A stretch of DNA of 64,000 bases from Chrysomallon squamiferum (GCA_012295275.1 CM022673.1:18104001-18168000); one strand, 5' to 3'. Shown: positions 12,755 to 26,500, counted from the first letter of the stretch. Notes: generated from the letters alone by a model not told the origin. A program made the numbers and translations.

Positions 12755-13656
12755 CTTTGAAGAAAAATCACTATTAGTTTAACAATCAAAGCATTTTGAA
12801 CTTTCTTCAAAACACTGTTATAAACTTTGAAGAAAAATCACTATTAGTTTAAAAATCAAAGCATTTTGAACTTTCTTCAAAACACTGTTATAAACTTTGA
12901 AGAAAAATCACTATTAGTTTAATAATCAAAGCATTTGGAACTTTCTTCAAAACACTGTTATAAACTTTGAAGAAAAATCACTATTAGTTTAATAATCAAA
13001 GCATTTTTGAACTTCTTCAAAACACTGTTATAAACTTTGAAGAAAAATCACTATTAGTTTAATAATCAAAGCATTTTGAACTTTCTTCAAAACACTGTTA
13101 TAAACTTTGAAGAAAAATCACTATTAGTTTAATAATCAAAGCATTTTGAACTTTCTTCAAAACACTGTTATAAACTTTGAAGAAAAATCACTATTAGTTT
13201 AATAATCAAAGCATTTTTTCAAAACACTGTTATAAACTTTGAAGAAAAATCACTATTAGTTTAATAATCAAAGCATTTTGAACTTTCTTCAAAACACTGT
13301 TATAAACTTTGAAGAAAAATCACTATTAGTTTAATAATCAAAGCGTTTTGAACTTTTTCAAAACACTGTTATAAACTTTGAAAGAAAAATCACTATTAGT
13401 TTAATAATCAAAGCATTTTGAACTTTCTTCAAAACACTGTTATAAACTTTGAAGAAAAATCACTATTAGTTTAATAATCAAAGCGTTTTGAACTTTCTTC
13501 AAAACACTGTTATAAACTTTGAAGAAAAATCACTATTAGTTTAATAATCAAAGCATTTTGAACTTTCTTCAAAACACTGTTATAAACTTTGAAGAAAAAT
13601 CACTATTAGTTTAATAATCAAAGCGTTTTGAACTTTCTTCAAAACACTGTTATAAA
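12755..13656. repeat. Homogeneous 70 bp minisatellite, 13 copies
   Basis: Unit CTTTGAAGAAAAATCACTATTAGTTTAATAATCAAAGCATTTTGAACTTTCTTCAAAACACTGTTATAAA. CTATTAGTTT recurs at 12771, 12841, 12911, 12981, 13051, 13121, 13191, 13252, 13322, 13392, 13462, 13532 and 13602; one unit has a 9 bp deletion. No spacers. Confidence 0.97.
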
Positions 13657-13925
13657 ACAGCCACTGTGCGACGAAACCTGAAAGTACGAGTGAAATTAAT
13701 TATCAGTATTCATCGACGTAATTTGTTCAGAGTTTATTGAAATTCGATGACATCTCATTTTCTATCTGCTGTTTGCAAAACATCGTAATTACTCTTTAGT
13801 TATATTTATAAATTTTTAGCCTCTGTCTGGATCAAAGATATGTTTTACTCTTTGTTGTTTATTCTACAAAACAAAACATTTTTATACACTTTGGTTTACT
13901 CTCAGTAGTATCCAGTTTGTTATCC

Positions 13926-13978
13926 GTTACCACGGCAACACACTGTTTGTTTCTGTTTTGTTTCGTTACCATGGTGAT
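13926..13978. promoter_or_regulatory. Paired RFX X-box motifs
   Basis: GTTACCACGGCAAC 13926-13939 and GTTACCATGGTGAT 13965-13978, about 1 kb upstream of the putative 5' exon of esterase copy 1. Confidence 0.45.
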
Positions 13979-14731
13979 GTTGTCTATGAGTAGACGCAAT
14001 GACTCCACGCCAAAAATAATAATCTTTGTGTTTTTTTGATGATAGCGTTTTGTGAGAGAAAGAGTTTTTTGTTTTATAAATAAATCACATTCTGCCTTTG
14101 TGGTTTGCATCAGTACGTTTCTTCTTCAGTTAGCATTGTGTGAATTTAGTACTGACACTGCAAAAATACATCTTAAAGATCATGTTATAGTAACTGTTGT
14201 TCGAATTAATTAGGGAGAAGTTATTCATAATTAACAAAAATATGTAAAATAAATAAATGCATACTGTCTAATAAATAAGCTGTGTAGGTTGAAAGATAAA
14301 CACATACATACATAAATAACATTCACATATTTTTGCATACACACACACACATACATACATACATATATACATACATACATACACACATACATACACACAT
14401 AAAAACATACATACACACATACATCCAAGCACACATACAAACATAGGTACATAAATAGGTACATAAATACATTCACATACATGCATAGAAAGCTGAGTCA
14501 GAGACAACTTGATGATTTTGTAGAAAGAAATAAGATGGTGTACAACTGTCTAGAGAAAACAAAAAGTTGTATTTTTTTGTAGATAATAAAACATTTGATT
14601 GTAGATAACTCTTTATGTGTCTATCGTTCTGCAGAGCACAAATGTTACATTAGAAAACCTGAATGTAGAAAAATTCTTTAGTTATCAACAATACAAAAAT
14701 AAATAAATAAAAGTGTAAATAAATAAAATAA

Positions 14732-14777
<46 letters not shown>

Positions 14778-15739
14778 GTAATAATAATAATAATAATAAA
14801 CAATTTAAAAATAAATAAATAATAAAATATTAAATAAATAAAAAGTAAGAAAATCACAAAATGTGCATATAGTACAGAAAGTTTTCGCAGCAAACAAATG
14901 TATGTGGAGAGCGGGCAGAAACTGAAACATGAAGGAACGGTAAGATATATAAAACTGAGTTAGCTGTAAGAAGAATTTACACTGGGAGAACAAGGTCACA
15001 CGTCTATGTTTAGCTAGAGGTAACATAATCGGCGTGGATGATGATGAATTTGACAAAGCACTACTTCAGCGCCAACTAACGTGTGCACGTCTTGCTTACA
15101 GCGAAGTGTTCGGCGAGTTACCTCAGTACACGACGTTTCTGTCTGCCAAGTGTGGACATGTTGCAGCGTTCTCTGCAAGTACAGGTGTAGTTGAGGTAAA
15201 TATATTTATTTTAATCTGTCTGTTTTTTTTTTTTTTTTTCTTAAACAAAATTTTCACTCTTTTTAAACATCGTGTTCTCACAGATGTTTGTTGTAAAGAA
15301 GTGTTAAATTAATTCAGTAAGTAAATTAAAAAAGAGTAAATAGGTAAGTAAGCAAGCAAATAAGTAAGCAAATAAGTAACTAAGTAAGTAAATAAATAAA
15401 TAAATAAATAGAAAGCTAAATGGATAAAAGGCATATTAATTAATCCTTAAAAAGAAAAGATGAAACAAAAACGGTACGAAACTTATAGAAGAAGAACAAC
15501 AACACTGATTATGATAATAATAACTAAATTAGTGTCAACGTGACTACTGACATTGTATTACGAAAATATAATTTTGTATATTAAATTACTGTCAGATTTC
15601 GTTTGTATTTTGCAGAAATGGGTGAAACTTATCATCTTTGTGTTCGCTGATGACTTACAAGAGTGAAAGGTTTCATCTGTCTTTAAAGTAAGATTTGGAT
15701 GTGATTTAATAATATCAAGGAAATACAAAAACTGTTAAA

Positions 15740-18736
15740 ATGGCCGACAAACCAGAGGAGACGCCTGAAAAACCATCGGAAGATGCCGAAAAACCAGCGG
15801 AAGTAGTCGAAAAACCAGCGGAAGTAGTCGAAAAGCCAGCGGAAGGTGCCGAAAAGCCAGCGGAAGGTGCCGAAAAACCAGCGGAAGTAGTCGAAAAACC
15901 ATCGGAAGGTGCCGAAAAGCCAGCGGAAGGTACCGAAAAAGTAGCGGAAGGAGCCGATAAGTCAGCGGAAGCAGCACCAAAACCAACGGAAACACCCGAA
16001 GTTACGGAACCAGCGAAAACGGAAGACCAAATCAAAAAGACAGATGAAACGACAGCAAAAACAACTGAGCCGACAACTGAGGAAAGCAAAATAGAACCAG
16101 AAAATGTGAATCCAGATTCTCCCGAAACAGGCTCGGGAGATCAAACAGTTATTCCGATCGAAGCCGAAACAGATAAAGAGGGAGAAGCGACGTTAGCCGA
16201 GACGACAGCAGGGGAGAAAGCTGCGACAGAGACAAAACCGGAGACTAAAAAGAAACAGTTCAAGTTTTTCACACCTTACCAGCCGACCACGGAGAAGATA
16301 GAAGGACAAAGCGCCTTTAAAAGATGCTACACGAGACGAGCCGTGTGGATAACGATTCTAGTTTTCTTACTGGCCATTTTCATTCTTATAGCGTGCGCTG
16401 TTTTCATCGCCGTCACCAAAGAACCCAAATCAGGCCCCCTAGCGAACACTGAGTGCGGAAAAGTCGAAGGATTGATTTTTGAAGGAGGAGTAGAATTCAG
16501 AGGAATTCCGTACGCGTTGGCTCCTGTAGGAGCTCTGCGGTGGAAGCCTCCTAAGAAACCGAGTCACTATGACAAGACGTGCTGGAAAGGAACTTTGAAC
16601 GCCACAGTGTTTGGTAACTCCTGTTTTCAGAGAAATATATATTTAGACAAGGGTTCTTCCCCCTTCCTAGGTAGCGAGGACTGTCTTTATCTAAACGTGT
16701 GGACGCCTACACAAAATGTCAAGGCGAATCTGCCCGTGGCTGTCTTCGTCCATGGCGGCTCTCTAGCCAACTTTAATGGAAACTGGCCTCGGTACAGTCC
16801 CAACATCAAACTGGCGTCGTCGTCAGGGATGGTGTTTGTCAGCATGAACTACCGACTGCACGCTTTCGGCTTCATGGCGCTGGACATTCTGTCCAAACAG
16901 TCGCCTCATGGGGTGTCAGGAAACTACGGCTTCATGGACATCATCATGGCTTTGCAGTGGGTGAAGAGAAACATTCACAACTTTGGAGGTGATCCTAGTC
17001 AGGTATTGATACAGTCGTAGAGTGTTTATCTGGAGTGTAATCGTATTCACAAATTAATATGCTTTTTCTACATTGTAATATGCATTTCATACCTTTCAGG
17101 TATAATGAATCTTTATTGAAATGAATGTTTAACAATATCTCAAAATATTTATCAAGAATTAGGTATTGCACATGTTTAGCAGCAGCAGTAGCAGCAGCAG
17201 TAGTAATAATAGTAGTAGTATATGTATATACACAAAAATATAATAGTTTAGGATGTCTTAATCTCAGAAATTAAAAAGATATGCTGTGATAATCTGTTTA
17301 TAAAATAAATAAATAATAATTAATAATGTTTTTTGTGTTTTTGTCAGGTATCTCTATTCGGTCAGAGTTCCGGCGGAACTGCAGTAATGGCTTTGATGAC
17401 GTCACCGCTTTCCGCAGGACTTTTCCACAGAGCCTGGATATCGAGCGGCTCGGCTTTTTACGAAACACCACTGACTCAGGCTTCTACAGACAATCTCATC
17501 TTTCTCAAGCGAACCGGCTGCACCGATATTAAATGTCTGTACAGACTAAGTCCCGAAAACATCACCAGTGCCGCACCCTGGGACGAATTTCCCGACTGGA
17601 CAATGACTACTACTTTGGACTTGCCAGAGAAAAACGAGAGTTTTGGTGCTATCTGTGTGGTGGATGGTAAGTTGGCTCAGTTTATCGTCTTTCTCTTTGA
17701 TGTATACAAGAAAATTAAGATATTTCGCTTAATGGTTTATATTTTTAGTGACATATATTACTGACTAAATTCACTCAGATTAAATGTACTAAACATGATG
17801 TAACCGGATATTTTCTGCAGGTTACGTAATTCCAAAGCCACCGTTAGAAGCGCTCTCCAGAGGCGAAGCAATGAAAATACCTCTTCTTATTGGTAAGTCT
17901 GGCTTATTTTTGTTCTTTTTTAATTATAATTGTTTTAAATTTGGACAAGGAAGATGCAGAAGATACTATAAAAATGCTAAATGTCTTGATATCCATAAAC
18001 ATACAAAGATATTTCGCAATAAGATATTAAAATAATTTTCCATGATTACTGAAGCTTTGCTTTAGTCAGAATTACAAAGTGTTAATCTGAATACGAATGT
18101 CCTGTTAATATACAAATAAATATTGGTATTTTAGGCAGCACAGCCGAGGAGACAGATTTCTTTCCTATCCCTGAGTCGGTGCGGACGTGGACGTGGGTGA
18201 ACTACACCCAGCATGTAACTGAGAAACTGGACACTTTCAGCGGAAACATTTCCGAGAAAACTCTAGAAATGTACCCACCTTCTAACTACTCGTCTGTTGA
18301 ATGTGTCTATACGTCTCTAGTATCTAACATTAGAGTTAACTGCCCTTTACAGGAAATTGCGTATGGTGCTGCAAACAGTATCCCAGTGTACTCGTATGTT
18401 GTGACGTATAGAGCGTCTCAGCCAATCATGTTCGATGGATATAACTACCCCAGTGTCTGTTCTGGTCATCTGCTGGACATACTCGGTCTGTTTGGAGTTT
18501 TGGACAAATTCATCGACATCTCAACTGAGGACGACGTCTCCTTCGGCAATATCGTAACTGAGGAGTTTATTCACTTTCTCAAATATGGTAAACCGAAATC
18601 TACTTCCTGGCAGAAGTTCCCGCTCAAAACTGCACTTCTAGATAAAAGAATAAAGTACATCGAAGGAGCTTACAAATCGGAGGAGTGCGCCTTTTGGAGG
18701 AGACATGGATTCTTCAGATACAGCTGGATAAACTAA
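15740..18736 (+). CDS. Type-B carboxylesterase/cholinesterase family protein, neurotactin-like type II membrane architecture (copy 1, 751 aa)
   Basis: Exons 15740-17002, 17348-17666, 17821-17892 and 18135-18736 (2256 nt, GT-AG, phases consistent). Acidic EKPAE repeats, TM segment AVWITILVFLLAIFILIACAVFIAV, then FRGIPYA, SEDCLYLNVW, HGGSL, GNYGFMD, FGGDP, GQSSGG (Ser), GSTAEE (Glu) and SGHLLD (His). Probable non-coding 5' exon ending 15195 with acceptor at 15615. Confidence 0.93.
15767..15955 (+). repeat. Coding 21 bp minisatellite (EKPAE[V/G][V/A]) in esterase copy 1
   Basis: About 9 units of gaaaa(a/g)ccagcggaag(tagtc/gtgcc); counterpart near 23619-23807 in copy 2. Confidence 0.9.
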
Positions 18737-20177
18737 TCTGGTGTCAATGAAGTGATTTCAGATCTATCGTCAACCGCTGCACGTTTTGAGGTTCACTTCC
18801 AGGCATAATAACAGCGTTTTTTTTAATAACATCATAATTAAAACCTAGGTGATTTCTCAGACACAATTAAATACTTTAAATTTTATTAAGTCACTATTAT
18901 TTTATTTTATTCTATTTTATTTTATTTTTTTTGAAACACTCTCATCTTTATTTCTTCATATTCTTATAGCTATAATTTTTTCTTGTCGTACAAAACAGTA
19001 TGCTTTTATTTCTATTATTTAGAAAGGGTATTGTAGCGTGAGCTAATAAAACTAATGTGAGAGCAGAATAGTTATAACGGGAGATAAAGATTATTGGCAA
19101 AGAAGAATTAGAAGTAGCACTGGTAGTAGTAGAAGTAGTAATTTTAGAAGTAATAGCAGCGGAAGATACAGCATCGGAGCAATATTAATAACAGTACTAG
19201 TAACAGAAATAGCAGTGATAATAGTAACTGTAACCGAACTAGTAAATATGTTACTAGTAATTATAAAAATTGTAATAGAAATAGTAAATTTCATGTATAT
19301 TAACAATAAAATTAAATAAAATGAATAAATAAACAAACAGACACAAATAATTGAATAAATAAATATATAAATAAATAAATAAATAAACAAATAAATAAAT
19401 ATATAAATAAGTAAATAAATAAATAAATAAATATATAAATAACAGTAAAGAAACAAACATCGAGTTAACAATGAATGCAGACATGAAATATTTATAAAAT
19501 AAAATGTATTTTGTTTGTGAGTTACTTTTAATAACTGATCATGTTTTAAACATGTATGTAACCAGTCAGATTACGCAGACGTAGATGTTTCGATGATCTA
19601 TGCTGAAAGCGAAGCTACCATGGTATATCTACACAAGCTAATTTGTATTATTATTTTTATTTTTTATTCCTAGTGATTATTTCTAAAACTTGAGACAAAT
19701 ATTTACAATAAAGACGAAAGTTCGACCCATGATAAAGTTTCAACAGCAAACCGAAGAAATATTAAGTTTGAAAGCTTTCGATGATAATAAACAAAACCAA
19801 AACAACAACAAAATTAGACGTATCTCTTGGAATCATACAACATGTACTTAGACTGCTTTCATCTTTCAAAATATAGGTATCGATACGAATTCATCAGTTA
19901 TCACCAATATTATTTCACAGTCTTTTATTTTGTATATTGTATATATGTGTATTTTATATACTTTATTATTTTCACTTTTATAACTTTATCTCTAAACGAA
20001 CTAAGAAATGAGTTTGTAAAACAACCAATGTAAATAAAAACATATTATTTCTAAGATTTAATATATACGTGGTGATGTTTTGATGTGAAGTATTGCTTAT
20101 GTAACGTTTTCATCGCTTGATGTGTCAAAGTTAGCTTGAAATAAATATATGATTCATTATAACATTTTCGGCTAAAA

Positions 20178-21825
20178 CCGCAGAATAATAATCAAACCGG
20201 CGGACAAAGGATAGGAAATTGTTATTTTATCGATGGAAAATTACGTCCGCGAAGATCATACACAACTAAATATTACAAAATATTATAAAATATTGGACGA
20301 AGCCATTTGGCCAAGAAATACATTTAATAGAATTATTCTTTATCTACAGGGAAAGGATCATATTAAAAAAAAAAAAAAAACCCCAACAACAAATGAACTA
20401 TCTAGCATCACGATTTAAAGCCAATTTATTTAAAGCCAACTGCAAACAGACACGCTAGTTTTGTAAAAAATACAGATGATCTTTTATCTAAAATATCTAA
20501 AACAAAAATACCAACAATCCCTAGATACTGATTTCATGTACACTAACATAAACATAGGGCATAGAATCTGTTGAGAGATTTTGAAAAATATCCAGATACA
20601 GACAGACCAATCGAAAACATTATTGAATTACTCGAATTAAGCTTAAAATGTAAAGAGTTTGATTAATTTAACGAGGAAATGTATCAGCAGGTTTGCGGAT
20701 GCGCCACGGGTGAACGTTTCAGCCTACATTTTGCCTCTACTTATATCGCAGAAGGGGAAGAAACGGCATTAAACAAAGCAGCCATGTTTATATCTCAGAT
20801 GACATTCTTATTCTTCGGCAACATTCTAAAGACGAATTTTGGAAATTTTTTGAATTATTAAATCAACAAAATGATAATATTAAACTTAAAGACACAATAT
20901 CAGATCAAACTGTTGACATTTTTTTTTTTTTTTTTTACAAAGGTATATAGTTTGAAAAATCAAATAATTAGATTATAAAGTATTTACTAAATCCAAGGAC
21001 ACCAATCAGTTGCTGCATTATAATGATTTCATCCCCCTCACACGTTTTAATGAAGCCTGTTCAGTTCTATTTTGCGTCTGAAATCGAGAGGTTATTCAAA
21101 ACGGTTTCTAAGGAAAATTAAATCTGAAACCATCATAGAATTAGAAAAATACTTGGATCCATCAGACACATTTAAGCCATATAAAATCCAGCATAATATT
21201 CCACCTCACTTGGATACCGGGACAACAGTGATCTGCAAAAAGACCAGTTGCAGGCTTCACGACGTAATAAAATCTCAGGCTACGTTCAGTAGCGAACAAA
21301 CAAAACTGAATACCAAATCTGAACTAACCTAGACTGCGATTGCAAAAATGTTGTGTATTTGATAACATGCAACTTATCTAAAAAAACAGCATGTCCGCCA
21401 AACGTAAAAAATGTTACGAACTGTTTGTCACAAATAAAATATTAGTCATGAAGTTGAACTTCCTGGTCATATATTGGAGATCATTTTGAATCAAATAGAA
21501 AAACGCCCATTTTGCGTTCAAAAATTGAAACTGACCTTTTTAGACTCGAACGAGAAAGGTTTTGGATTAGCACATTACAAATACCAAAAACCATTTTGAA
21601 TAAATACTGAATCGGAAAATGTAAAGAGAGATATAAAATAATTTACAATCGCCGCGACGTTGTCATTGGTAAAATTATGAAGAAACAATATTTTAACTTA
21701 CAGGCTACTAAGAAAAATCCAATAACAGCACGTCCCGACATATATTAGAGAAAAAAATCCACGACTAATAGACATTTTAGTCTCTATACAATTTTCTGAA
21801 TAATTATGCCTGTATAAAGTTATGT
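20178..21825 (+). mobile_element. Decayed Penelope-like retroelement (RT + GIY-YIG), multiple frameshifts and stops
   Basis: Fragments IIIKPADKG (~20186), MYQQVCGCATG..FS..FASTY (20679; RT Y.Q..G.AMG motif), LLH..FHPPH (~21010), LKSRGYSKRFL (21078), Cys linker CKKTSC, DCKNVVYLITC..KQHV.QT (GIY-YIG, ~21335-21405) and RLERERFWI..L (~21542). Confidence 0.85.
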
Positions 21826-22605
21826 TTCCAAAGGATAAACGAATCAATTCAGTAAGAGGTACGGAAATCTTTTAAAATATTTTCAAAGGATATTTTTTTG
21901 AATATTGTTTTTTTTGACAGGTTACTTTTTTATTTGAGAAAGACTATCTTCTAAATAGTGTTTAAAATAGTGATAAATGAATTTTTGAAATATATTTGTT
22001 TCTTGAAGTGTACATGAGTTAAAATAAAGAATTTCCTGTCCCAGGGCGTTCGTTAATTCTTAAATATATACATACAGACATACGTACATAAATACATTCA
22101 CTCACATGCTTTATACATATAAAACTGAAGAAATATAATATAGACTGTATATCATTTGAAATAAACATTCCACTTGATCATTTACAGTTTAAAATATGAA
22201 CACACTAGTTACATACACTTATAAATAAGATAAACTTCAACACATTCTCCTTTCTCCTCCCACTTCTGACTCGAATAAAAATGTTTTCACGGGCAACTAA
22301 TAAACGAACTCGTAAAACTTTCCGCCGACAGAAAATAGAAAGTTGTTGCTGTAAGAGAGATCAAGGTGTTCCACTAGCAAGCTGAGTTAGAGACAAGAAA
22401 TCGTAATGTATACAACTTGCGATTTTGTAGAAAACAAGAAGTTGTATTTTTTGTAGATAACAAAATATTTGATTGTAGATAACTCTTTATGTGTCTATCG
22501 TTCTGCAGAGCACAAATGTTACATTAGAAAACCTGAATGTAGAAAAATTCTTTAGTTATCAACAATACAAAAATAAATAAATAAAAGTGTAAATAAATAA
22601 AATAA

Positions 22606-22671
<66 letters not shown>

Positions 22672-23222
22672 CATAAATAAATAATAAAATATTAAATAAA
22701 TAAAAAGTAAGAAAATCACAAAATGTGCATATAGTACAGAAAGTTTTCGCAGCAAACAAATGTATGTGGAGAGCGGGCAGAAACTGTAACATGAAGGAAC
22801 GGTAAGATATATAAAACTGAGTTAGCTGTAAGAGGAATTTACACTGGGAGAACAAGGTCACACGTCTATGTTTAGCTAGAGGTAACATAATCGGCGTGGA
22901 TGATGATGAATTTGACAAAGCACTACTTCAGCGCCAACTAACGTGTGCACGTCTTGCTTACAGCGAAGTGTTCGGCAAGTTACCTCAGTACACGACGTTT
23001 CTGTCTGCCAAGTGTGGACATGTTGCAGCGTTCTCTGCAAGTACAGGTGTAGCTGAGGTAAATATATTTTGGTTTTTCTTAAACAAAATTTTCACTCTTT
23101 TTAAACATCGTGTTCTCACAGATGTTTGTTGTAAAGAAGTGTTAAATTAATTCAGTAAGTAAATTAAAAAAGAGTAAATAGGTAAGGAGGCAAGCAAATA
23201 AGTAGGCAAGTAAGTAACTAAG

Positions 23223-23261
<39 letters not shown>

Positions 23262-23591
23262 ATAGAAAGCTAAATGGATAAAAGGCATATTAATTAATCC
23301 TTAAAAAGAAAAGATGAAACAAAAACGGTACGAAACTTATAGAAGAAGAACAACAACACTGATTATGATAATAATAACTAAATTAGTGTCAACGTGACTA
23401 CTGACATGTATTACGAAAATATAATTTTGTATATTAAATTACTGTCAGATTTCGTTTGTATTTTGCAGAAATGGGTGAAACTTATCATCTTTGTTTCGCT
23501 GATGACTTACAAGAGTGAAAGGTTTCATCTGTCTTTAAAGTGAGATTTGGATGTGATTTAATAATATCAAAGAAATACAAAAACTGTTAAA

Positions 23592-26500
23592 ATGGCCGAC
23601 AAACCAGAGGAGACGCCTGAAAAACCATCGAAAGATGCCGAAAAACCAGCGGAAGTAGTCGAACAACCAGCGGAAGTAGTCGAAAAACCAGCGGAAGTAG
23701 TCGAAAAGCCAGCGGAAGATGCCGAAAAACCAGCGGAAGTAGTCGAAAAACCATCGGAAGGTGCCGAAAAGCCAGCGGAAGGTGCCGAAAAAGTAGCGGA
23801 AGGAGCCGATAAGTCAGCGGAAGCAGCCCCAAAACCAACGGAAACACCCGAAGTTACGGAACCAGCCAAAACGGAAGACCAAATCAAAAAGACAGATGAA
23901 ACGACAGCAAAAACAACTGAGCCGACAACTGAGGAAAGTAAAATAGAACCAGAAAATGTGAGTCCTGATTCTCACGAAACAGGCTCGGGAGATCAAACAG
24001 TTATTCCGATCGAAGCCGAAACCGATAAAGAGGGAGAAGCGACGACAGCCGAGACGACAGCAGGGGAGAAATCTGCGACAGAGACAAAACCGGAGACTAA
24101 AAAGAAACAGTTCAAATTTTTCACACCTTACCAGCCGACCACGGAGAAGATAGAAGGACAAAGCGCCTTTAAAAGATGCTACACGAGACGAGCCGTGTGG
24201 ATAACGATTCTAGTTTTCTTACTGGCCATTTTCATTCTTATAGCGTGCGCTGTTTTCATCGCCGTCACCAAAGAACCCAAATCAGGCCCCCTAGCGAACA
24301 CTGAGTGCGGAAAAGTCGAAGGACTGATTTTTGAAGGAGGAGTAGAATTCAGAGGAATTCCGTACGCGTTGCCTCCTGTAGGAGTTCTGCGGTGGAAGCC
24401 TCCTAAGAAACCCAGTCACTATGACAAGACGTGCTGGAAAGGAATTTTGAACGCCACAGTGTTTGGTAACTCCTGTTTTCAGAGAAATATATATTTAGAC
24501 AAGGGTTCTTCCCCCTTCCTAGGTAGCGAAGACTGTCTTTATCTAAACGTGTGGACGCCTACACAAAATGTCAAGGCGAATCTGCCCGTGGCTGTCTTCG
24601 TTCATGGCGGCTTTCTAGCCAACTTTAATGGAAACTGGCCACGGTACAGACCCAACATCAAACTGGCGTCGTCGTCAGGGATGGTGTTTGTCAGCATGAA
24701 CTACCGACTGCACGCTTTCGGCTTCATGGCGCTCGACATTCTGTCCAAACAGTCGCCTCATGGGGTGTCAGGAAACTACGGCTTCATGGACATCATCATG
24801 GCTTTGCAGTGGGTGAAGAGAAACATTCACAACTTTGGAGGTGATCCTAGTCAGGTATAAGCATTGTCGTAATCAACTTCTCAAATCAGAGGAATTACAT
24901 TTGAATGAATGTTTAACGATATTGCAATGTGTTTTAATTTATAAGTATCAGGCATAGGTTCGTTATATTATTTTTCACTCAGTAGCCATGATTATAGAGG
25001 ATGGTACATTTATCAATAATTCTTCCCAGAGACAAGAACGCGCATACCATTGTTTTTAGTACTCAGGCTGTGTTGTTAAATACAGTGCTGTAAACATGAG
25101 TAACATTATATCGGGATTATATCTGACAAATCAGAATCATTATGGTATAGCAATTATTATTATGATACCACTACTACAAATACAACTATTACTACTACTA
25201 CTACTACTAGTTCTTCTACAACAACAACTATTACTACTAGCACTTGTGCTTCTGCTATTAGTACTAGTACATTGTTACTACTACTGTTCCCACTATTACT
25301 TTTACTACTACTGCTACTACTTTACCACTACTGCTACTACTATTACTACTACCACTACTACTACTAATTTAACTACTACTACTATTGCTACAATTACTCC
25401 TGCTTCTTCTACTACTACTTTACCAGTACTACTACTACTAGAACTACTACTACTACTACCACTACTACTACTGCTACAGCTACAATTACTCCTGCTGCTT
25501 CTACTACTATTACATTTACTCCTAATACTACTACCGCCGCTAGTACTACTGCTGCTGCTGTTATTTTACCATTGCTAGTATTACTAGTACTTCTATGATT
25601 ACTCCTGCTGCTACTGCTACTACTACTATAGTTATTATTATAATGACGCTTATAGTATCAGTATGTGTAGTATTGTTAGAAGTAGTTGTAGTATAAGTAG
25701 AAACAGTAATAAGTTTATATATCAACGACAACGTCTTAATGTCAGAAATTTAATTAGGTAACCAATGACGATCTGTTTATAAAATAAATAAATAAATAAA
25801 TAAATAATAAAATCTTTTTGTTGTATTTTTCTTTTTCAGGTATCTCTATTTGGTCAGAGTTCCGGCGGAACTGCAGTAATGGCTTTGATGACGTCACCGC
25901 TTTCCGCAGGACTTTTCCACAGAGCCTGGATATCGAGCGGCTCGGCTTTTTACGAAACACCACTGACTCAGGCTTCTAAAGACAATCTCATCTTTCTCAA
26001 GCGAACCGGCTGCACCGATATTAAATGTCTGTACAGACTGAGTCCCGAGAACATCACCAACGCTGTACCGTGGGACGAGTTTCCTGATTGGACAATGTTA
26101 GCTACTTTGGACTTGCCAGAGAAAAACGAGAGTTTTGGTGCTATCTGCGTGGTGGATGGTAAGTTGGCCCGTTTTAATGTTTTTCATTTTGATGGATACA
26201 AGTAAATTAAGATGTATTTTAAGTCACTTACTAAATTCACTCAGGTTAAATGTACTAAACATGATGTAACCGGATATTTTCTGCAGGTTACGTAATTCCA
26301 AAGCCACCGTTAGAAGCGCTCTCCAGAGGCGAAGCAATGAAAATACCTCTTCTTATTGGTAAGTCTGGCTTATTTTTGTTCTTTTTTAATTATAATTGTT
26401 TTAAATTTGGACAAGGAAGATGCAGAAGATACTATAAATATGCTAAATATCTTGAAAAGGACTCGTAAACATACAAAGATTTTTTGCAATAAAATATTAA

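Noticed and set aside
12755-13656. CRISPR-like array
   Set aside because: Units are contiguous and near-identical with no unique spacers, there are no cas genes, and the context is eukaryotic.
15034-15312. 92 aa ORF MDDDEFDKALL (and 22896-23150) as a separate gene
   Set aside because: Starts at GTG and runs through a splice donor at 15195 into intron. Splicing to 15616 hits a stop before the esterase ATG. Best read as a duplicated 5' UTR exon.
15715-16144. Antisense ORFs over the esterase repeats (also 23567-24161)
   Set aside because: Shadows of the 21 bp coding minisatellite.
25096-25578. 160 aa Leu/Thr-rich ORF in esterase copy 2 intron 1
   Set aside because: Degenerate (CTA)n low-complexity tract.
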